DNA of 64,000 bases from positions 1,863 to 65,862 of the forward strand of contig PNKW01000005.1 in assembly GCA_013822695.1 (NCBI GenBank). The letters run 5' to 3'. The notes under the pieces were generated by a model. The model saw nothing but the letters and a program-made list of their open reading frames with translations. It was not told the DNA's origin and searched no databases. A program made the position numbers and the translations under genes. This DNA comes from Erythrobacter sp. Lineage in GTDB: Bacteria; Pseudomonadota; Alphaproteobacteria; Sphingomonadales; Sphingomonadaceae. Positions 37,703 to 47,602 of the stretch are shown in pieces (the stretch's first letter is position 1; each line of letters begins with the position of its first letter).

Positions 37703-38389
37703 TTAGTTCGCGCGCTTTTTCGCAACCGTCTCGGCAAAGATCGCCAGATTTGCGTCGGCCGAATCCTTCACCGCTGCGGCCATCTCCGCCGAGGCCGGGC
37801 GGACGTGAGGCAGGGGAGTGTCGTTCTTGCGGCGGAACACCAGCGGCTTGCCCTTGGCGCCGGGCCATTGATGGAGCCAGAAGTCCATCACCAGCCGGTC
37901 ACCCCCGGCGATCAGCCCGCCGATAATCCCGCCATAGGGTTCATAAGCCGCGTTGGGATTGGGGAAGATGGCATACATGTTCGCCAGCACCAGATCGCCG
38001 TAGCAGGGGGCGGTGCTGGGCGTGAGCCGCGACTTGATCGCCTTGATCGGCGTCACGTCCATGTCGATCACCTCCGCGTGGCGGGTGATCGTGACGCTCG
38101 CCGCGCCGGGGAACAACGCCTTGAGCGGAGCTTCGCCGAGCGCCTCGATCCGCTTTACCGGCGCGAAGATGTTCACGCTCGAATAGGGATCGGCGAGCTG
38201 TTCGGGCGTGGGCGGGGTATACTTCACGAAGGCGTTGGACTTGGGCACGAAATTGGGTCGGCCGAGCGTCCAGACGTGGAGCTCGCAGTCCATCCCGGCA
38301 AAGGGCTGCTGGGCGGGCGGGGTCTGAGCGGCGGCGGGCACGGCCAAGGCCATGCCCGCCAGCGCAAGCGCGGCAGCCCGCAGGGTCAC
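37703..38389 (-). CDS. Exported hypothetical protein
   Basis: GTG start overlaps the sucC stop (GTGA); signal peptide ..VPAAA|Q. Confidence 0.65.
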   Translation of the reverse strand: MTLRAAALALAGMALAVPAAAQTPPAQQPFAGMDCELHVWTLGRPNFVPKSNAFVKYTPPTPEQLADPYSSVNIFAPVKRIEALGEAPLKALFPGAASVTITRHAEVIDMDVTPIKAIKSRLTPSTAPCYGDLVLANMYAIFPNPNAAYEPYGGIIGGLIAGGDRLVMDFWLHQWPGAKGKPLVFRRKNDTPLPHVRPASAEMAAAVKDSADANLAIFAETVAKKRAN

Positions 38390-39585
38390 GCCGCCTTCTT
38401 CACTTCCGCGACGATCTTCTGCGCCGCATCGCCGAGGTTGTCGGCGGGCACGATCGCGAGGCCCGAGTTGGCGAGGATCGCCTTGCCTTCGGCCACGTTG
38501 GTGCCCTCGAGGCGCACGACCAGCGGAACCTGCAGGTTCACGTCCTTCGCGGCCTGCACGATGCCGTTGGCGATCACATCGCACTTCATGATCCCGCCGA
38601 AGATGTTGACGAGAATGCCCTCGACCGCCGGGTCCTTGAGGATGATCTTGAAGGCTGCGGTCACCTTCTCGGTGGTGGCGCCGCCGCCCACGTCGAGGAA
38701 GTTTGCGGGGAAGGCGCCGTTCAGCTTGATGATGTCCATCGTCGCCATGGCGAGGCCCGCGCCGTTCACCATGCAGCCGATATTGCCATCAAGCTTGATG
38801 TAGGCGAGGTCGTACTCGCTGGCTTCGACCTCCGCCGGGTCTTCCTCGGTCTCGTCGCGCAGGGCTTCGATGTCGGGGTGGCGGTAGAGGGCGTTGCCAT
38901 CGAAGCTCATCTTGGCGTCGAGCACCAGGAGCTTGCCGTCTTCGCTTTCGACCAGCGGGTTGATTTCGAGCATCTCGCAATCGGTGGCGAGGAAGGCGTC
39001 ATAAAGCTGCTTGGCGAGCTTCTGCGCCTGCTTGTTGAGGTCGCCCTGAAGCTTCAGCGCGAAGGCCACCGCGCGGCCGTGGTGCGGCTGGAAGCCCTGC
39101 GCGGGGTCGATGCTGAAGGTGGTGATCAGCTCGGGCGTGTCATGCGCCACGGTTTCGATGTCCACCCCGCCCTCGGTCGAAACCACGAAGGCAACGCGGC
39201 CCGAAGCACGGTCGACCAGCAGCGAAAGGTAGTATTCCTTGGCGATGTCCACCCCGTCGGTGATGTAGAGGCGGTTGACCTGCTTGCCCGCTTCGCCGGT
39301 CTGGATCGTCACCAGCGTGTTGCCGAGCATTTCCTTGGCGTGGGCTTCCACTTCCTCGAGGCTCTTGGCGAGGCGCACGCCGCCCTTGGCATCGGCCGGA
39401 AGCTCCTTGAACTTGCCCTTGCCGCGCCCCCCGGCGTGGATCTGCGCCTTCACGACATAGAGCGGCCCGGGCAGCTGCTTGGCGGCATCCACCGCTTCTT
39501 CGACGCTGAGCGCGGCGTGCCCTGCGGGAACCGCGATCCCGTGCTTCGCCAGCAGTTCCTTGGCCTGATATTCGTGAACGTTCAT
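38386..39585 (-). CDS. sucC: Succinyl-CoA ligase (ADP-forming) beta subunit
   Basis: [23 protein letters not shown] and [29 protein letters not shown]. Confidence 0.97.
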   Translation of the reverse strand: MNVHEYQAKELLAKHGIAVPAGHAALSVEEAVDAAKQLPGPLYVVKAQIHAGGRGKGKFKELPADAKGGVRLAKSLEEVEAHAKEMLGNTLVTIQTGEAGKQVNRLYITDGVDIAKEYYLSLLVDRASGRVAFVVSTEGGVDIETVAHDTPELITTFSIDPAQGFQPHHGRAVAFALKLQGDLNKQAQKLAKQLYDAFLATDCEMLEINPLVESEDGKLLVLDAKMSFDGNALYRHPDIEALRDETEEDPAEVEASEYDLAYIKLDGNIGCMVNGAGLAMATMDIIKLNGAFPANFLDVGGGATTEKVTAAFKIILKDPAVEGILVNIFGGIMKCDVIANGIVQAAKDVNLQVPLVVRLEGTNVAEGKAILANSGLAIVPADNLGDAAQKIVAEVKKAA

Positions 39586-39699
39586 TGCGTATCGATCCCT
39601 TCAATGCGTTCCTGGGGAGAGGTTCCGTCCACGCGGGGCCTAAGCACGGATCGGCGGGCTTGAAAAGTGCCTGCTGCACGGCCAACACGGGAGCCTGCC

Positions 39700-40476
39700 A
39701 TGATTGACAGGTCGCATCTTCAGACAATCGTCCGCGAGGCGGGCCGGATCGCCCATTCGCGCTGGCCTGGGGCGGGGCACGCGCTCAAGAGCTGGGACAA
39801 GACCCCCGGCAGCCCGGTGAGCGAAGCGGACCTTGAGGTCGACCGTTTCTTCAAGCGCGAGCTGGGCCGCCTGCTGCCGTCAGCCGCCTGGCTCTCCGAG
39901 GAAACCGCCGACGACAAGCTGCGCACCCAGAGCGGGCTCATCTGGCTGGTCGACCCGATCGACGGCACCCGCGATTTCGTGCGCGGCCGGGCGGGCTGGG
40001 CGGTCTCGGTTGCGCTGGTGAGCGCCGGGCGGCCGCTGGTGGGCATGCTCGCCGCGCCTGCGCGGGGCGAGGAGTGGGTCGCGGTCGCGGGGCAGGGCGC
40101 GACGCTGAACGGCGCGCCGATCCGGGCGAGCCAGCGGACCGAATTCTCCGGTGCCCGTGTGCCGACCCATGCCTTGCCAAGCGAAGACAGCGATCTGGTC
40201 GCGGTCGAGCAGCCCAATTCGATCGCCTTGCGGATCGCGATGGTCGCCGCCGACCGGGCCGATCTGGTCGCGACCTTACGCTGGGGCTACGAGTGGGACA
40301 TCGCGGCGGCCACCCTGATCGCGCGCGAGGCCGGGGCCGAGGTCACCGATGCCTTCGGCGGGCCGCTCGCCTACAACAAGCACGATCCGCGGGATTTCGG
40401 CGTGCTGGTGTGCTCGCCCGCGATCCACGCGGCGGCGGTCGAGCGGCTGGCGGAACGGGCCAAGGCGCTGCGGTAG
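39700..40476 (+). CDS. Inositol monophosphatase / CysQ family phosphatase
   Basis: WLSEE, WLVDPIDGTRDF and EWDIAAA. Confidence 0.88.
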   Translation: MIDRSHLQTIVREAGRIAHSRWPGAGHALKSWDKTPGSPVSEADLEVDRFFKRELGRLLPSAAWLSEETADDKLRTQSGLIWLVDPIDGTRDFVRGRAGWAVSVALVSAGRPLVGMLAAPARGEEWVAVAGQGATLNGAPIRASQRTEFSGARVPTHALPSEDSDLVAVEQPNSIALRIAMVAADRADLVATLRWGYEWDIAAATLIAREAGAEVTDAFGGPLAYNKHDPRDFGVLVCSPAIHAAAVERLAERAKALR

Positions 40477-40487
40477 GAAAAGAGGGT

Positions 40488-40706
40488 TTCACGCAGAGAC
40501 CGCAGAGGAGCAGAGGGCGCGGAGAACACTACGCGGCTTTGCCGCGGATTGGTTCACACAAAGAAACAAAGACACAAAGAGGGCGCACACGGCCGCGAGG
40601 GAGTGACTACCTCTTTGTGTCTTTGTGCCTTTGTGTGGGGAAATCAGTGGGCCGCTGCGCGGCAAATACCTCGGCGATCTCTGCTCCTCTGCGGTCTCTG
40701 CGTGAA
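40488..40706. repeat. Nested palindromic element family D, full copy (MITE/REPIN-like)
   Basis: Perfect 28-bp terminal IR ttcacgcagagaccgcagaggagcagag enclosing a second IR cacacaaagaaacaaagacacaaagag / ctctttgtgtctttgtgcctttgtgtg. Confidence 0.9.
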
Positions 40707-40765
40707 CCAGGAGCACAAGACGGAAGAAGGGGCGGAGGCACCATCGCACCCCCGCCCGAACAAAT

Positions 40766-41467
40766 TCAGCTCCCGCTGCGCGCCGCGCTCACATCATCCT
40801 GGCTCACCGGGATGATCTTGATCTCGACCCGGCGGTTGAGCGGCTCGTTGACATTGTCGCCGGTCTTGACGCGCAGGTAGTCATACTGCTCGCCGAAGCC
40901 CTTGGTCGCCATGCGTGCCCGCGCCACGCCCTTGGCGGCGAGGTAATCGGCGACCGCAGCCGCGCGCTGTTCGGACAGGCGCTGGTTGGTCGCGGGGCTG
41001 CCGGTGGTATCGGTGAAGCCGTAGACGTCGATCAGGCTGTTGGGATACTTGATCAGCGTCTCGGCGACCGAATCGAGGGTGCTGTAGAAGCCCGGGTTGA
41101 TCGCCGCCGATCCGGTGGCGAAGGTCACCCCGTCGGGCAGGCGCACCAGAATCGCGTCCTGATCGCCCACTTCCTCGACATCGACGCCGCTGCCGGCGGT
41201 CTGTTCCTTCAGTTCCTTGATCTGGTCGTCATACTGCTTGCCGATCACCGCCCCGGCCGAACCGCCGATGCCTGCGCCAATGATCCGCCCCGCATCGCCG
41301 CCGATCGCGCCGCCGAGCAGGTAGCCGAGCGTGCCGCCCAGACCCACGCCGATCGCGGTGCGCGAGATCTTCTTCTCGCCGGTGTTGGGGTCGGTAACGC
41401 AGGCGGTGGTCATCCCCGCTAGGGCGATTGCCGCAGTGCCGGTTTTCAGAATGCGTGTGATAGTCAT
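40766..41467 (-). CDS. OmpA family lipoprotein (YiaD-like, glycine zipper plus OmpA_C)
   Basis: Lipobox TTAC, GAGIGG zipper, NQRLSEQRA..VADYL and NRRVEI. Confidence 0.92.
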   Translation of the reverse strand: MTITRILKTGTAAIALAGMTTACVTDPNTGEKKISRTAIGVGLGGTLGYLLGGAIGGDAGRIIGAGIGGSAGAVIGKQYDDQIKELKEQTAGSGVDVEEVGDQDAILVRLPDGVTFATGSAAINPGFYSTLDSVAETLIKYPNSLIDVYGFTDTTGSPATNQRLSEQRAAAVADYLAAKGVARARMATKGFGEQYDYLRVKTGDNVNEPLNRRVEIKIIPVSQDDVSAARSGS

Positions 41468-41666
41468 GATTGTTGCCTCCCTTTATTGTCTTGGTGACGA
41501 TGCCACGCCGCCGGAGTGGCGGCAAGGCGTCATCCCGGTGGGACCAGGCGCACTTGGGCCGCGCATCCTTGACCCATGTTGAACAATGATATGGCGTGCC
41601 GTTCAGTCTTGCAGGACTTGCGCTGCGTGGCTGGCAAGGCTCCCGCTTTGTGCTAGCGCGGATGGC

Positions 41667-42968
41667 GTGACACCTTTTCCCTGGACAGACTTTGCAATCA
41701 TCGTCGCGCTTGTCGTGCTCAACGGCGTTTTCGCCATGTCCGAGCTCGCCATCGTCAGCGCCAAGACCAGCGCGCTCGAGGCCAAGGCCGAAGCCGGCTC
41801 GACCAGCGCGCGCATTGCGATCCAGCTGGCTGCGGACCCGGGCAAGTTCCTGTCGACCGTGCAGATCGGCATCACCCTGATCGGGATCGTCGCCGGGGCC
41901 TATTCGGGGGCGAGCCTGGGTGGGCCGGTGGGAGAGCACATTGAGATGATGGGCGTCCCGGCAAAATACACCGATGAAACCGGGTTTGCGTTCGTGATCG
42001 CGCTCACCACCTATCTCAGCGTTGTGGTGGGCGAGCTGGTGCCCAAGCAACTCGCGTTGCGCAACGCGGTGCCGCTGGCGCTGATCATGGCGCGGCCGAT
42101 GGCCTTTCTATCGCGCGCCGCGGCACCGCTGGTGTGGCTGCTCGATTCGAGCTCGGCCGCGATCATCAGCCTGTTCGGCATCCGCCGGACCGACGAAGCC
42201 TCGGTCACCGCCGAAGAGCTCCAGATGATCTTCGCCGAAGCGACCCGATCGGGGGTGATCGAGGACGAGCAGCGCCAGCTGCTGACCGGCGTGGTGCGCC
42301 TTGCCGAGCGTCCGGTGCGCGAGATGATGACCCCGCGCATGGAGGTCGACTGGATCGAGGCTGATGCCGAAGCGGCGGAAATCCGCGAGACGATCGAGGG
42401 ATCCTCGCACTCGCTGCTGCCCGTGGCCGAAGGCTCGCCCGACACGATCCTCGGCGTGGTCAAGGTGCGCGACGTGCTCGCCGCGCTGGTTGCGGGCCGC
42501 CCGGTCGCGATCCGCGACATGATGCGCAAGGTCGAGGTGGTGCCTGACCAGCTCGACGCGATGGACGCGCTGCGGGTGCTCCAGCAGGCCGAGGTGGCGA
42601 TGGCGCTCGTGCATGACGAATACGGGCACTTCGAGGGCATCGTCACCCCGGTCGACCTGCTCACCGCGATCGTCGGCAACTTCGCCAGCGATTCGGACGA
42701 TGGCGATCTGCCGAGCGTGATCGAGCGCGAGGATGGCTCGCTGCTGGTCTCGGGCTCGCTCTCGGCCGATGCACTGGCTGACCGGCTGCGGCTCGATTAC
42801 GGCGAGGACCGCGAGTTCGGCACGGCGGCAGGCTATGCCCTCTCGGTGATGAAGAAGCTGCCCCACGAGGGCGAGCACTTCACCGATCAGGGCTGGCGCT
42901 TCGAGGTGGTCGACATGGACGGCCGCCGCATAGACAAGCTGCTGGTGAGCCGGGTGCGGGAGGACTGA
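41667..42968 (+). CDS. Hemolysin/CorC (CNNM-CBS-CorC) family protein
   Basis: LNGVFAMSELAIVSA, GELVPKQLA, CBS pair, DEYGHFEGIVT and EVVDMDGRRIDK. Confidence 0.93.
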   Translation: MTPFPWTDFAIIVALVVLNGVFAMSELAIVSAKTSALEAKAEAGSTSARIAIQLAADPGKFLSTVQIGITLIGIVAGAYSGASLGGPVGEHIEMMGVPAKYTDETGFAFVIALTTYLSVVVGELVPKQLALRNAVPLALIMARPMAFLSRAAAPLVWLLDSSSAAIISLFGIRRTDEASVTAEELQMIFAEATRSGVIEDEQRQLLTGVVRLAERPVREMMTPRMEVDWIEADAEAAEIRETIEGSSHSLLPVAEGSPDTILGVVKVRDVLAALVAGRPVAIRDMMRKVEVVPDQLDAMDALRVLQQAEVAMALVHDEYGHFEGIVTPVDLLTAIVGNFASDSDDGDLPSVIEREDGSLLVSGSLSADALADRLRLDYGEDREFGTAAGYALSVMKKLPHEGEHFTDQGWRFEVVDMDGRRIDKLLVSRVRED

Positions 42969-42979
42969 CGGGGCTTTCG

Positions 42980-43118
42980 GGGTTCACACAGAGATCGCGG
43001 AGGAACTTACGCGGCGCAGCCGCGGATCGGTTCACACAAAGCCACAAAGCCACAAAGAAGAAGAGCGTCGCTTGCGGCTTTGTGCGCCGTCTTTGTGCCT
43101 TTGTGGCTTTGTGTGAAT
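42980..43118. repeat. Family D element, truncated copy
   Basis: ggttcacacagagatcgcggagg..tacgcggc..ggttcacacaaagccacaaagccacaaag / ctttgtgcctttgtggctttgtgtgaa; right outer arm is missing. Confidence 0.85.
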
Positions 43119-43143
43119 CAAATGGGACTGCGCGTGTGGCCCG

Positions 43144-43560
43144 TCAGGCGCTCGGAATGGCCGTGCTCGCCGACTGGCCGTCACCCTCGGGCGCGGCGAC
43201 GATGTCGCGGGTGAGGCGGCCCTTGGCGACGGTGTTGGTGCCGGTGTCGCCGACCTGCGAGCGGATGCTGGGATCGGCGCGGCCGGCGCGGTCGATCACG
43301 CTCGCTTCCACGCGGCTGCGCGGGGCGGGGCCGCCGAACAGCGCGTCCAAGGCCTGCTCGGAGGCCGTGCCTTCGGCCGGGCGCGGGGCGCCGGGGGCGG
43401 GCGGGGTGAGGGTGAAGTCGGGCGGCACCACCAGCGGGGCCTGACGCTGCACCGCGAACTCGTCGGGCCGCGCGCGGTTGAACACCCCGCCATCGCCGCC
43501 GCACGCAGCGAGCAGCGCCGTCGAACCGGCCAGCAGGATCAGGGTGGCAGTCTTACGCAT
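43144..43560 (-). CDS. DUF3035 lipoprotein
   Basis: Lipobox LAACG and PDEFAVQRQAPLVVPPDFTL. Confidence 0.9.
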   Translation of the reverse strand: MRKTATLILLAGSTALLAACGGDGGVFNRARPDEFAVQRQAPLVVPPDFTLTPPAPGAPRPAEGTASEQALDALFGGPAPRSRVEASVIDRAGRADPSIRSQVGDTGTNTVAKGRLTRDIVAAPEGDGQSASTAIPSA

Positions 43561-44089
43561 CTTGGGCTTCTCCACGGGGGCTCTCCCCGGTTGCAGTGTC
43601 GCCCTTGTCGCGCACCAGCAGGCTGCGCGCAAGGATGATGACGACGCCGATGGTGATCGCGGCGTCGGCGATGTTGAAGATCAGGAAGGGGCGGAAGGTC
43701 CCGATATGGAGGTCGGCATAGTCGATCACGTAGCCCAGCTCATACCGGTCACGGATGTTGCCGAGCGCCCCGCCGAGGATCAGCGCGAGCCCGGCGATCT
43801 CGCCCAGCAGCCGCTCGCGCATCATCCACACCAGCACCACGCCCGCAATCAGCGCGGTGACCAGCACCAGCAGCCAGCGGGTCTCCATGCTGCTCGCCTC
43901 GAACATGCCGAGCGAGACGCCGCGGTTCTCGGTATAGGTAAGGTCGAAGAAAGGCAGCAGGTCGATATGCAGCACCTGCCGCAGCTTCAATGGCCCGATC
44001 ACGTACCACTTCACCGCCTGGTCGAGAATCGTGACCAGCGCCGCGATGGCGAGGCCGATCAGCCGGTTGCGGGTGAACAGCGTGCTCAT
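43553..44089 (-). CDS. lspA: Lipoprotein signal peptidase
   Basis: NRGVSLG, GGALGNIRDR and FNIADAAIT. Confidence 0.95.
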   Translation of the reverse strand: MSTLFTRNRLIGLAIAALVTILDQAVKWYVIGPLKLRQVLHIDLLPFFDLTYTENRGVSLGMFEASSMETRWLLVLVTALIAGVVLVWMMRERLLGEIAGLALILGGALGNIRDRYELGYVIDYADLHIGTFRPFLIFNIADAAITIGVVIILARSLLVRDKGDTATGESPRGEAQDA

Positions 44090-47000
44090 GAACCGACAAC
44101 CGCATCGCAACGAGAGCACAACGCGCCGTCTTCGGCGACGTCAGGCAGCAGGCGCCAGCAGCGGCCGCACTTGTGGTGGGAGGTCTTGGAGACGATCACG
44201 TGAGTTACCTCGGGCACGGCATCGTCAGTAAAGCCGCTAACCTGAACGCTAGCTGCAATGGCGATCTCGGCCATGTCGACGGAATTCGCTCGTTCAACAA
44301 GCAAAGCGTCCTTAGTTCTGATAACTACTTCAGCTTCAAGGCTGGACCGGATCGTCTTGTCGCCCCGCAAAGGCTCGATCGCCTCGTTGATCTCGTCTCG
44401 AAGTTCGCGAATGTGCGACCACTTGCGGACCAGCTCATCGTTCTCAACCGTCGGCACGCTCGGCCATTCGAGCAGGTGGACAGAGCCGCGCTGGCCCGCG
44501 TCATCCTCCTCGCCATCTTCGGGATAGCGGCTGAGCCACACTTCCTCCGCCGTGAACACCAGCACCGGCGCGGCGTAGCGCACGAGCGCGTGGAACAGCA
44601 GGTCGAGCACGGTGCGATAGGCGTTGCGCGTGGTCGAATCCGGCCCGTCGCAATAGAGCGAATCCTTGCGGATATCGAAGAAGAAGGCGCTGAGGTCCTC
44701 GTTGCAGAAGTCCACCAGCAGGCGGGTGTAGGTGTTGAAGTCATAGGCCTCAGCCGCCGCCTTCAGCTTCCCGTCGAGCTCGGACAGCAGTCCGAGGATA
44801 TAGACCTCGAGCTCAGGCAGCTCGCCCGCATCGCTCATGTCGCCCACGAACCCATCGAGCGCGCCGAGCAGGTAACGGAAGGTGTTGCGCAGCTTGCGAT
44901 ACTGGTCGCCCACCCCTTTGAGGATTTCATCGCCGATCCGGTGATCCTCAGTGAAATCGACCGAGAGCGCCCACAGCCGGATGATATCCGCGCCGTAGGT
45001 TTCCATCACCTTCAGCGGATCGACCGTGTTGCCGAGGCTCTTCGACATCTTCTTGCCCTTGGCATCCATGGTGAAGCCGTGGGTCAGGACCTGGTCGTAA
45101 GGCGCGCGGCCGCGGGTGGCGGCCGATTGCAGCAGCGAGGACTGGAACCAGCCGCGATGCTGGTCCGATCCTTCGAGATAGAGGTTGGCGGGCCATGAGA
45201 GGTCCGGCCAGCGCCCCGACTCCAGCACGAAAGCATGGGTGCAGCCCGAATCGAACCACACGTCGAGAATGTCGGTGACCATGTCGAATTCGGCGGGGTC
45301 GTAGTCCGGGCCGAGGAACGCTGCCTTGTTGGCGCTGTTCCACGCGTCCATGCCGTCCGCGTTCACCGCCGCGACGATGCGGGCGTTGACTTCCGCGTCC
45401 TGAAGGTAGGAGCCATCGGGCCGCACGAACAGCGTGATCGGCACGCCCCATGCGCGCTGGCGGCTGAGCACCCAGTCGGGCCGCCCCTCGACCATCGCGC
45501 CGATGCGGTTGCGGCCCTTTTCGGGGATGAACTGCACCCGCGCGATCTCGGCTGTGGCGCGCTCGCGCAGGGTCGAGTGGTCGTAGCTGACGAAAGGCGC
45601 GATCGCCCCGCCGAACGGGCCGGTGGGCACGACTTCGAAATCGCCGGTGTCGAGCGGCTTGTCCATCGGCACGAACCACTGCGGGGTACACCGAAAAATC
45701 ACCTTGGCCTTGGAGCGCCACGAATGCGGGTAGGAGTGCGCGTAGTCCGCGCTCGCGGCGAGCAGCGCGCCCGCTTCGCGCAGGTCCGAACAGATCGGGC
45801 CCTCGGGCGCGTTGAATTTCGGGTTGATGACGCTCATGCGGCGCTCGTCGGCAGCGCCGAGCCATGGCCAGTCGTCGCGGTAGCGGCCGTCATCCATCAC
45901 CGCGAAGACGGGGTTGATGCCTGCCGATTTGCACAGCTCGAAGTCGTCCTCGCCATGATCGGGCGCCATGTGGACGAGGCCGGTGCCGCTATCGGTGGTG
46001 ACGAAGTCGCCGGGGAGGAGGGGGCGGAGCTTTTCGTAGAAGGAGAGTGCCTTCCCCCAATTATCGTCTCCCCGGACTTGATCCGGGGCCCCGCTTTCTT
46101 CTCCCGCGCAGTCAGAAGGCAGCGGGGCCCCGGCTCGGAGGCCGGGGAGACGGGATTTCAAAAGGTTGTAGATTGGGTGGCGGGCGAGGGTGCCGGCGAG
46201 GTCTGCGCCTCTGAAAACGGCGTGAGCGTACCCCGCTTCCGAAGGCTCTTGCCTCCTTTCGGAGTTGGGAACCTCATTCCTCTTCAGATGAATGAGTTCA
46301 AGCCGACCCGCGTCCGCGCCATACTCAAGTTGGATGGCTGCCAACTGGCTTTGCAGTCGATTTTCGACAGACTCCCACAAATCTTTGGCAATCAACAGAG
46401 GTTGCTTGGCCCAGGGAAAGGCTTGCAACACGGCATGGCGATCATTCTCGCCAAATGCCGGCGAATTGAGGACGTTGATGCTGGCTAGATACAGGCCGTA
46501 CTCAACCTCCGGCCCATAGGCCAAAGCCTGGTTCACCGGGATCGTCCAAGGCGTCGTCGTCCAGATCACCGCGTGCGCGCCGACCAACTCCGGGATCGGC
46601 GATTCCACAATCTCGAAGGCCACGTCGATCTGGGTCGAGGTGATATCCTCGTATTCGACCTCGGCTTCGGCCAGCGCGGTCTGTTCGACGGGGGACCACA
46701 TCACCGGCTTCGAGCCGCGATAGAGGTTCCCCGCCTCGGCCAGCTTCAAGAGCTCGGCGACGATCACCGCCTCGCTCTCCTTCTGCATGGTGAGGTAGGG
46801 GTGGTCCCAATCGGCCATGATGCCGAGGCGCTTCAGCTGCGAGCGCTGCACGTCGACCCAGTGCTGGGCATAGGCGCGGCACTCGTCACGGAAGGCCTTG
46901 ACCGCCGCCTCGTCACGCCCTGCGCCGGTGAGGACGGGCTTGGCCTTCTTGTCCTTGCGGTACTGCTCCTCGACCTTCCATTCGATGGGGAGGCCATGGC

Positions 47001-47307
47001 AGTCCCAGCCGGGCACGTAAGGCGCATCGCGGCCCAGCAGGTTCTGGGTGCGGCACACCATGTCCTTGAGGATGTGGTTCAGCGCATGGCCGATATGCAT
47101 GTCGCCATTGGCGTAGGGCGGGCCATCGTGGAGGATGAACTTCTCGCGCCCCCGGCGTGCGGCGCGCAGCGCGTCATACAGCCCGATCTGCTCCCAACGC
47201 GCGGCAATGCCCGGCTCCTTCTGGGGGAGGCCGGCCTTCATGGGGAAATCGGTCTTCGGCAGGAAGACGGAGTCCCGGTAATCGCGCTGCGAGGTCTCTT
47301 CGGTCAT
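44086..47307 (-). CDS. ileS: Isoleucine--tRNA ligase (type 1), enlarged to 1073 aa
   Basis: HDGPPYANGDMHIGH, TTTPWT, GTGLVH, EGSDQHRGWF, KMSKS and C-terminal CGRCW..CSRC Zn site. Confidence 0.97.
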   Translation of the reverse strand: MTEETSQRDYRDSVFLPKTDFPMKAGLPQKEPGIAARWEQIGLYDALRAARRGREKFILHDGPPYANGDMHIGHALNHILKDMVCRTQNLLGRDAPYVPGWDCHGLPIEWKVEEQYRKDKKAKPVLTGAGRDEAAVKAFRDECRAYAQHWVDVQRSQLKRLGIMADWDHPYLTMQKESEAVIVAELLKLAEAGNLYRGSKPVMWSPVEQTALAEAEVEYEDITSTQIDVAFEIVESPIPELVGAHAVIWTTTPWTIPVNQALAYGPEVEYGLYLASINVLNSPAFGENDRHAVLQAFPWAKQPLLIAKDLWESVENRLQSQLAAIQLEYGADAGRLELIHLKRNEVPNSERRQEPSEAGYAHAVFRGADLAGTLARHPIYNLLKSRLPGLRAGAPLPSDCAGEESGAPDQVRGDDNWGKALSFYEKLRPLLPGDFVTTDSGTGLVHMAPDHGEDDFELCKSAGINPVFAVMDDGRYRDDWPWLGAADERRMSVINPKFNAPEGPICSDLREAGALLAASADYAHSYPHSWRSKAKVIFRCTPQWFVPMDKPLDTGDFEVVPTGPFGGAIAPFVSYDHSTLRERATAEIARVQFIPEKGRNRIGAMVEGRPDWVLSRQRAWGVPITLFVRPDGSYLQDAEVNARIVAAVNADGMDAWNSANKAAFLGPDYDPAEFDMVTDILDVWFDSGCTHAFVLESGRWPDLSWPANLYLEGSDQHRGWFQSSLLQSAATRGRAPYDQVLTHGFTMDAKGKKMSKSLGNTVDPLKVMETYGADIIRLWALSVDFTEDHRIGDEILKGVGDQYRKLRNTFRYLLGALDGFVGDMSDAGELPELEVYILGLLSELDGKLKAAAEAYDFNTYTRLLVDFCNEDLSAFFFDIRKDSLYCDGPDSTTRNAYRTVLDLLFHALVRYAAPVLVFTAEEVWLSRYPEDGEEDDAGQRGSVHLLEWPSVPTVENDELVRKWSHIRELRDEINEAIEPLRGDKTIRSSLEAEVVIRTKDALLVERANSVDMAEIAIAASVQVSGFTDDAVPEVTHVIVSKTSHHKCGRCWRLLPDVAEDGALCSRCDAVVGS
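46065..46152. repeat. Palindromic repeat family A inserted in frame in ileS
   Basis: cgtctccccgg-acttgat-ccggggccccgct ... agcggggccccgg-ctcggagg-ccggggagacg; translates on the minus strand as SRLPGLRAGAPL..SGAPDQVRGDD. Confidence 0.88.
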
Positions 47308-47362
47308 CGTGCGCGGGGCCTTAGCGGGCGGGCGGGCTTTGCGCAATTTGTCTTGGGGGATA

Positions 47363-47596
47363 GGGTTCACGCAGAGACCGCAGAGGAGCGGAGATCGCGG
47401 AGAAGGTTACGCGGCACAGCCGCGGGTATGCTCACACAAAGGCACAAAGCCACAAAGATGATGCACTTCGCAGCGGCCGGGTGCCCGCTCTTTGTGCCTT
47501 TGTGTCTTTGTGTGCGAACAATGTGAAAGCCGCTGACGCGGCGGGGGAGCAGTCCCTCCGCGCCCTCTGCTCCTCTGCGGCCTCTGCGAGAAACCC
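47363..47596. repeat. Family D element, full copy between ribF and ileS
   Basis: gggttcacgcagagaccgcagaggagcggag ... ctctgctcctctgcggcctctgcgagaaaccc with inner cacacaaaggcacaaagccacaaag IR. Confidence 0.9.
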
Positions 47597-47602
47597 CTTC
47601 TT

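Noticed and set aside
40488-47596. Possible CRISPR array or iterons from the CACAAAG and CGCAGAG units
   Set aside because: The units form inverted repeats in dispersed elements. There is no regular repeat-spacer period and no cas or rep gene.
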